Shown here: positions 16,751 to 24,000 of the stretch, piece by piece
Position numbering within the stretch: the first letter of the stretch is position 1
How the letters are laid out: every line of letters starts with the position of its first letter
Source: Campylobacter sp. RM12651
GTDB taxonomy: Bacteria; Campylobacterota; Campylobacteria; Campylobacterales; Campylobacteraceae
Reading direction: 5' to 3'
DNA length: 24,000 nt
Assembly: GCF_022369475.1 (NCBI RefSeq)
Contig: NZ_CP059600.1
Coordinates: 1,711,355 to 1,735,354 of the forward strand
The notes under the pieces: generated by a model
Told to the model about the DNA's origin: nothing
Databases searched by the model: none
Seen by the model: the letters and a program-made list of their open reading frames with translations, nothing else
Position numbers and translations under genes: made by a program

Positions 16751-18051
16751 TTTAAGCCCCTTAATTTATAGGTCAAATCACCTGCGTTAAATCCAACCAC
16801 TACGCCTTTATCTAAAGTAATTTCTCCTAAATTACTAAATAATTTTAAAGAATTATCAACTCTTTTTATATCGTCTATGAAACAAGCATTAGGAAAATGC
16901 TTAGCTAAATCAATTTTAATTTCATCTTCATTAGCACTATAAACAGGCAAAATAAATAGCTTTGAAAAACCTTCAAAACAAGTTTTAAAACCTTCTAAAT
17001 TATCAAGCAATCTTGTGTATTTATGTGGTTGCCAAATCGCTATAGTATCATCTAAATTTAGTGCTTTTGCATAAGAAAATATGCCTTTTTTAGTCTCTCT
17101 TACTTCGGTTGGATGATGAGCGTAATCATCAATTATTACAAAATCCTTACTAGCATATAAAACATCAAAACGCTTTTTAATACCACAAAAATCTTTTAAA
17201 TTTTGCTTAATCTCACTTAAGCTTAGTCCAACACACCTAGCAGCAAGTATTGCTAAAGCAGTATCAATAGCTATACATTCGCTATGACCTTGCACGCTAA
17301 AACGACCAAAATCTCTTAAATCAAAAGATATAAAAGGCAAATAATCCTTAACTTCAAATTCTAAGTTTTTAATATCTTCGCTAGGCACTAGTCTTTCACA
17401 ATCTAAATCAATTGTAGCTAAAAACTCATCTTCAGCATTAATTACTCTAATTTTGCTTTGTTTTAAAAAGTCTGTATAAGCTTTATAAAAAGCGTTTAAA
17501 TCGTGATTATAATGCTCTAAATGTTCAGGTTCAGCATTAGTTACTATACTTAAAGCAGGATTTAAATTCAAAAACGAACTATCACTCTCATCAGCTTCAA
17601 AAACTAATTTTTCACTAGTTTTATACACCATATTTTTACCAGCTCTTTTATCCACTGCACCGATTATAAAAGAGCTTTGCAAAATATTTGCTAGGATACT
17701 ACTTGTAGTGCTTTTGCCGTGTGCACCTGCAACTGCAAAAAGCATTTTGTTTTCTAAAATAAGTGGCAAGGCTTCTTTTCTTGATAGAACTTTTATGCCT
17801 AGTTCTTTTGCTTTTTTTATTTCAGGATTGTTTTCACGAATTACTGCTGAATGCACTACTAAATCAATATCGTTGCTTAAATTTGATGCACTATGACCTA
17901 TAAAAACCGCAATTCCTTCTGCTCTTAATTCTTTTACTAATTCACTCTCATAAACATCGCTTCCTAAAACACTAATTCCACGCTCATTTAAAAATCTAGC
18001 CAACGCACTAAGACCAATGCCACCAATACCAATAAAAAATATTTTTTTCAT
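16747..18051 (-). CDS. murC: UDP-N-acetylmuramate--L-alanine ligase
   Basis: 434 aa. The N-terminal Rossmann motif is FFIGIGGIGLSALARFL. The Mur-ligase P-loop is AGAHGKSTTSS. DDYAHHPTE is typical of MurC. Confidence 0.95.
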   Translation of the reverse strand: MKKIFFIGIGGIGLSALARFLNERGISVLGSDVYESELVKELRAEGIAVFIGHSASNLSNDIDLVVHSAVIRENNPEIKKAKELGIKVLSRKEALPLILENKMLFAVAGAHGKSTTSSILANILQSSFIIGAVDKRAGKNMVYKTSEKLVFEADESDSSFLNLNPALSIVTNAEPEHLEHYNHDLNAFYKAYTDFLKQSKIRVINAEDEFLATIDLDCERLVPSEDIKNLEFEVKDYLPFISFDLRDFGRFSVQGHSECIAIDTALAILAARCVGLSLSEIKQNLKDFCGIKKRFDVLYASKDFVIIDDYAHHPTEVRETKKGIFSYAKALNLDDTIAIWQPHKYTRLLDNLEGFKTCFEGFSKLFILPVYSANEDEIKIDLAKHFPNACFIDDIKRVDNSLKLFSNLGEITLDKGVVVGFNAGDLTYKLRGLK

Positions 18052-18060
18052 AAAAATCCT

Positions 18061-18900
18061 TTAAGAAAATGCTAGAGCAATCAAAATTAACCCTGCTCCT
18101 AATAATTGTAAAATTGTAAATACTTCTCCATAAAAACTTCCTAAAATTCCAGCCGAAATTGGCTCAAGTAGTAAAATCAATGCGACTTTACTTGGATGAA
18201 GGTGCTTTTGAGCGTAATTTTGAGCAAAAAAACAAAATATTGTAAATATCAATGCTGATACTAAAATAAGTATAAAAATCTTAGAATTTAAAATAGGAGT
18301 TAAACTTAAATCAGCAAAAATTAAAGCCGATAATAAATACATTATCGTGCTACCTACAAATTGAAAAAATATAAAGGTATTTAAATCATTTGATTTTAAA
18401 AATTTATCATTTAAAGCCACTAAAAGTGCAAAAAACACAGCACAAATTATCGCTAAATATTCGCCTTTTCCAAAATTATCAAAATTCGCATCACTAAATA
18501 AAAACATACCAAAACAAGCAAGTAAAGCTAGGAAAAATATCTTAAAACTAAGCTTTGCTTTGCTTATAAAAAAGCATAAAAATGGAGCAATAATTCCTTC
18601 TAAACCAGTTAGAAAAGCTACATTAGAGCTTTGAGTAAAGCTTAGTGCTTGGGTTTGAAAAATAAAGGCAAACGCCATACAAAAACCAGTGATTAATCCA
18701 TATAAATAAGTATTTTTATAATGTTTTAAAATATCATTTTTAACCAAGAAAAAAAACACAATAGAAGCTAATAAAAATCTATAAAATAATAATTCATAGC
18801 TATTTATGTAGTTTAATACCCACTTAGTAGGTAAAAACGATGCTCCCCAGATAACTACAGCAAATATTAATAAAAAAAATGATTTTTCTTGATGGTTCAT
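18061..18900 (-). CDS. EamA/DMT-superfamily transporter
   Basis: 279 aa with about 10 hydrophobic helices in two repeated halves and a typical EamA N-terminus (FAVVIWGASFLPTKW). Its ATG overlaps the stop of the upstream ThiF-like gene (ATGA). Confidence 0.8.
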   Translation of the reverse strand: MNHQEKSFFLLIFAVVIWGASFLPTKWVLNYINSYELLFYRFLLASIVFFFLVKNDILKHYKNTYLYGLITGFCMAFAFIFQTQALSFTQSSNVAFLTGLEGIIAPFLCFFISKAKLSFKIFFLALLACFGMFLFSDANFDNFGKGEYLAIICAVFFALLVALNDKFLKSNDLNTFIFFQFVGSTIMYLLSALIFADLSLTPILNSKIFILILVSALIFTIFCFFAQNYAQKHLHPSKVALILLLEPISAGILGSFYGEVFTILQLLGAGLILIALAFS

Positions 18901-19550
18901 AAATTAAACTTATTAAGATTTAAAATATCTTTTGAAAAATCAAAATAATATAAATAATCAAGTTTTACTTCATAACCTGCTAGATATTTTAATGCCAAAA
19001 TACTTGCAAAAGTAGCACTAAACATAACAAATGGAGTTGCTTGAGGTTTTATCCTTTTTATTTCATTTTTGAATGCTATTTTTTTATTTTTTACAATACT
19101 AGCACTTATGAAAAACTCTTCAACACTAGCAAAAATCCAAGGAATATTATTAGCTTTAGCGTAATTATCAATTTCAGCTCTAACTGATAAATTATCAGTC
19201 GCATCCATAATCAAATCAGCACTAGGTTTAGTAGCAAAAAATTCTGCCGCACTCATTTTATAAGTTTTTATATCACAAAATGAACGCTCTTTTAATTTAT
19301 TAAAACAATCAACCTTAGCTTTACCTTCATCGTTAAAATTAAACATAATTTGCCTTTGAATATTGCTAAAGCTAACTATATCAAAATCAACTACACTAAT
19401 ACTCTTTATACCACTACTAGCAAGTGCGTATGCTATACTTGAGCCAAGACCGCCTGCACCTATTATTATGATTTCTTTGTTTTCTAAATTCTTTTGCCTA
19501 TCTTTTAATAATAAAGTTTGTCTTTCATAAAAGTCGCTTGTTGATTTCAT
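18897..19550 (-). CDS. ThiF/MoeB/HesA-family E1-like adenylyltransferase (short form)
   Basis: 217 aa. It has FYERQ..L, the nucleotide-binding loop IIIIGAGGLGSSIAYALASSG, and VVDFDIVSFSNIQRQ. The ATG is preceded by AAGGAAG. It overlaps the upstream gene by 26 nt. Confidence 0.85.
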   Translation of the reverse strand: MKSTSDFYERQTLLLKDRQKNLENKEIIIIGAGGLGSSIAYALASSGIKSISVVDFDIVSFSNIQRQIMFNFNDEGKAKVDCFNKLKERSFCDIKTYKMSAAEFFATKPSADLIMDATDNLSVRAEIDNYAKANNIPWIFASVEEFFISASIVKNKKIAFKNEIKRIKPQATPFVMFSATFASILALKYLAGYEVKLDYLYYFDFSKDILNLNKFNL

Positions 19551-20309
19551 TTCTTACTTCCTTAAATTGCCAAAATTTAGCAGCTTCACTAGGTTTGCTA
19601 ATTTCAGAAATTAATACTTCTTCAGCGTCGCTTAATTCTTGAACTATATCTCCATAAGCATTGCATAAAAAACTATTACCATAAAAATTCCACTCTAATT
19701 CATCTACTTCGCTAACACCGATACGATTTACTCTTAAAATATTAGTATTATTTAAAAATGCTCTCATTTTAATAAGTTCGCACCATCTAGAATTTGAATT
19801 ATAAGTATTTGCCGTAGGAATTATCAATAAATCTAATTCATTTGCCTTTTTAAAAAACTCATCAAAATGTATTTCATAGCCAAATAAAACGCCTATTTTA
19901 AAATTATCACATTTAAAAGTATGCAATTTAATAGCTTTTGTTGAATTTATAAAAAAATCCTTTTCATTCCAATGTGAATACGGCATAAAAACTTGCTGAT
20001 TTATATATTTGATTTTACCTTTATTTGCTACTAAGCAAGTTTTATTAAAACCTTTATTAGTGCTAAGAATTATAGGAGCAACTATACATAAATTATATTT
20101 AGCACTATATTCTTTTAAGGCTTCTAATTTTACTTTGCTTTGCTCTTTTACTAAATCAACTGGCATTTGCTTTAATTCAGTAAAAAAATTATTTAAAACA
20201 TACTCGCCTAACGCTACTAATCTAACATCTTTTTGCTCGCAAATTCTTAAATAATAATCAAGCCTTGCATTACTTAAAGCTTGAGTGCTTAGTTGAAGTG
20301 CTGCTATTT

Positions 20310-20313
<4 letters not shown>
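19525..20313 (-). CDS. Carbon-nitrogen hydrolase (nitrilase superfamily) fold protein, possibly catalytically degenerate
   Basis: 262 aa. The N-terminus MKIAALQL, LVALGEY, and the C-terminal block LLIIPTAN..RWCELIKMRAFLNNTNILRVNRIG are nitrilase-superfamily-like. The TTG start overlaps the xseB stop (TTGA). See the finding on the apparently missing catalytic Cys and Lys. Confidence 0.8.
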
Positions 20314-22009
<1,696 letters not shown>

Positions 22010-22028
22010 TTATTATAAGGGCTATTGA

Positions 22029-23693
22029 TTAATTAAAGCCCATTTTAATTTCTTTAGAAAAATCGCTATTTAGTTCTTTTTGAATACTTTCTTTAAAATC
22101 ATCTAATCTAAAAATTCCATCGCCTTGAGCAACTTTTATAGCAGTATTTTTAACAACCATTTTAATCTGTGCTCCACTTAATTCATAACTTTTTAAATCT
22201 TCTACTTTAAATCCTGATTCAAATTCCGCATTTTTTGGTAAGTGTAATTTCCAAATCTTCTCACGCTCTATTTCTGTTGGATTTGAGAATTTGATTTTAT
22301 ACTCAAATCTCCTTGAAAATGCTGGGTCTAAACTATCTAAAAAGTTAGTTGTAGCTATTACAATGCCATCAAATTTTTCTAGTTGTTCTAAGAAAATATT
22401 TTGCATTTGATTATGCATTAATTCACTTCCGTGACTTGCTACACTTCTAGTGCTTAAAAATTGATCAGCCTCGTTTAATAATAAAATAGGCGGAGTTTTA
22501 ACGCTTTTGCTAATTATTTTATAATTATCAAAAATAGCACGAACATTTTTCTCACTCTCTCCTACATATTTATCTAATACTTTAGAACAATCTAGTGTGA
22601 TAATTTCTCTTTTTAAAGTTTTTGCTAAATAACTAGCACTCATAGTCTTACCAGTGCCTGGAGGTCCATAAAAAATTATATTAGCTCTTAAAACATCATC
22701 TTTTACTATGCCCCAATCTTTCAATCTTTTTGCCACACTTTTGGTTGAGCGTTTTTTAAGACTTGTTGCTAAATCGCTAATATCTTTACTAACTATTAAA
22801 TCTATTTCATTTATTTCTAAATATTCAAAGAAATTTAATTCTTCTACAATAGCTTTAATATTTTCGCCTTTATTTGGGAAAAAGTATTTTAAAGCATTAT
22901 CACTTATAATAAATCTATTATCATTACCAACATATTCAATTAATTCATTGCTAAGCAACTTAGAATCATCACTTAACAATTCATAATTTCTAATCTTTTC
23001 TAATTGATAAGGATTAATTATGCTTAATAATTCTTCATAATGAAGTGGTTTTTTAGAGCCTGTTAATTCTTCTTTTAATAAAGCCATTAATATAAGAGTT
23101 TCTTCGGCACTCAAATCATAATCTTTCATAATTTCATTAAAAGGATTATGAAATTTTGGACTATTTTTAAGCCTTGTATTAATCAAATCAAGTCTTAAAT
23201 CCGATGTTAAAAACTCTAATTTGATCCTAGCATCAATCATATCAAAGCAATCATTTAAATAAACGCTTAAATCAGTATAAGGCTTATGTTTATATTCTTC
23301 TAATTCATTATCACTAATTAATCTTGCCCCATCAAATTCATTAGCAAGGTTAAAAAATACATGAGCATATCTTGTAAGTGCTATTGATTGAAATAAAATA
23401 AGCCCTGCATTATCTTTATAATTAAACTGCTTTCCGCTTGCTTCTTGAATAAATTTTTTCTCATATAGCTCAACGAAATTTGGTAAATACGAAACCATTT
23501 GAGCAGTAGTATTAGCATTAAAAGCATCTTCTACAATACTATGAAACTTTATCCCAAAACGAGATTTTATAGTTTTGTTTAGCATTGTTCTTAATATAAT
23601 GCACGCTTCTTTAGATAGACCTTGATTTAATAACTTTAAATATAAAAAACTCTCTTCGTAATTATTACTTAAAAACTCTTTAATTTTTTCCAA
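22029..23693 (-). CDS. AAA+ ATPase (classic AAA clade, single ATPase module) with a large uncharacterised N-terminal region
   Basis: 554 aa. Walker A GPPGTGKT is encoded at 22644..22667. The Walker B region is ILLLNEADQF, sensor-1 is VIATTN, and the SRH/Arg-finger region is LDPAFSRRFEYKIKF..P...R.KIW. Residues 1-330 have no motif I recognise. The start is a TTG at 23693, 14 nt inside the upstream ligase gene. The next in-frame Met is residue 37, so the start is uncertain. Confidence 0.85.
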   Translation of the reverse strand: MEKIKEFLSNNYEESFLYLKLLNQGLSKEACIILRTMLNKTIKSRFGIKFHSIVEDAFNANTTAQMVSYLPNFVELYEKKFIQEASGKQFNYKDNAGLILFQSIALTRYAHVFFNLANEFDGARLISDNELEEYKHKPYTDLSVYLNDCFDMIDARIKLEFLTSDLRLDLINTRLKNSPKFHNPFNEIMKDYDLSAEETLILMALLKEELTGSKKPLHYEELLSIINPYQLEKIRNYELLSDDSKLLSNELIEYVGNDNRFIISDNALKYFFPNKGENIKAIVEELNFFEYLEINEIDLIVSKDISDLATSLKKRSTKSVAKRLKDWGIVKDDVLRANIIFYGPPGTGKTMSASYLAKTLKREIITLDCSKVLDKYVGESEKNVRAIFDNYKIISKSVKTPPILLLNEADQFLSTRSVASHGSELMHNQMQNIFLEQLEKFDGIVIATTNFLDSLDPAFSRRFEYKIKFSNPTEIEREKIWKLHLPKNAEFESGFKVEDLKSYELSGAQIKMVVKNTAIKVAQGDGIFRLDDFKESIQKELNSDFSKEIKMGFN

Positions 23694-24000
23694 TTTCTAA
23701 CTCTTTTTTTAATTCTTTTTTCAATACTTTTCCAGCAGCATTTTTTGGTAATTCGCATTTAAACACAATTGTTTTAGGAACTTTATAATTTGCTAAATAC
23801 TTTTTAAGATACTTTTGAATTTCTTGAGCACTTAGTTTAGCACCTTCTTTTAAACAAACATAAGCAACAACGCTTTCATCTAAATCACTATCCTTAACAC
23901 CTATAACAGCACAAGAATCAATTTCATCTAATTGCATAATAATATCTTCAATTTCTCTTGGATATATATTAATCCCCTTTGCAATTATTATGTCTTTTTT
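23680..24000 (-). CDS. ANL-superfamily acyl-CoA/AMP-forming ligase, C-terminal part only (5' end lies outside the window)
   Basis: The track lists only 23680..23937, but the frame stays open to position 24000. The translation KKDIIIAKGINIYPREIEDIIMQLDEIDSCAVIGVKDSDLDESVVAYVCLKEG..EIQKYLKKYLANYKVPKTIVFKCELPKNAAGKVLKKEL is the typical AMP-binding C-terminal subdomain, including the conserved GK lysine. Confidence 0.85.
   Translation of the reverse strand, partial: KKDIIIAKGINIYPREIEDIIMQLDEIDSCAVIGVKDSDLDESVVAYVCLKEGAKLSAQEIQKYLKKYLANYKVPKTIVFKCELPKNAAGKVLKKELKKELEIGKN

Noticed and set aside
17648-17655. DnaA-box-like TTATCCAC
   Set aside because: It is a single copy inside the murC coding sequence, with no cluster of boxes and no adjacent AT-rich unwinding region. 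This is not an origin.

Overview
This is a very AT-rich, almost fully coding chromosomal window. Its gene content and sigma54-type flagellar promoters point to a Campylobacter-like member of the Campylobacterota. Most of it is core housekeeping. On the minus strand: pyrF-pyrE, metA, flgG2-flgG, an MHS-type MFS transporter, ylxR-infB-rbfA-rimP, typA, and a tightly overlapping operon running guaB-xseB-(C-N hydrolase-like)-(ThiF/MoeB-like)-(EamA transporter)-murC-(small membrane protein). On the plus strand: metY and fliK. I found no rRNA, tRNA, CRISPR array, IS or transposase, integrase, long homopolymeric G/C tract, or recognisable defence or toxin domain.

The parts that look accessory sit at the two window edges, so both are only partly visible. 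(1) Positions 1..1712 hold three tandem, diverged paralogs of an unrecognised family, and one of them has a multi-TM N-terminus. That ORF is missing from the supplied track because it runs off the window. (2) Positions 22029..24000 hold an ANL-family acyl-CoA ligase whose stop overlaps the start of a 554-aa classic-clade AAA+ ATPase. The ATPase has a ~330-aa N-terminal region I cannot assign and an Asn at the Walker B Asp position.

Smaller observations: a nitrilase-fold protein that seems to lack the catalytic Cys and Lys, two unlisted small ORFs (53 aa and 27 aa), two clean sigma54 promoters, and several perfect hairpins spanning the stop codons of convergent genes. I cannot claim a clearly novel system from sequence alone. 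The left-edge paralog array is my best candidate.
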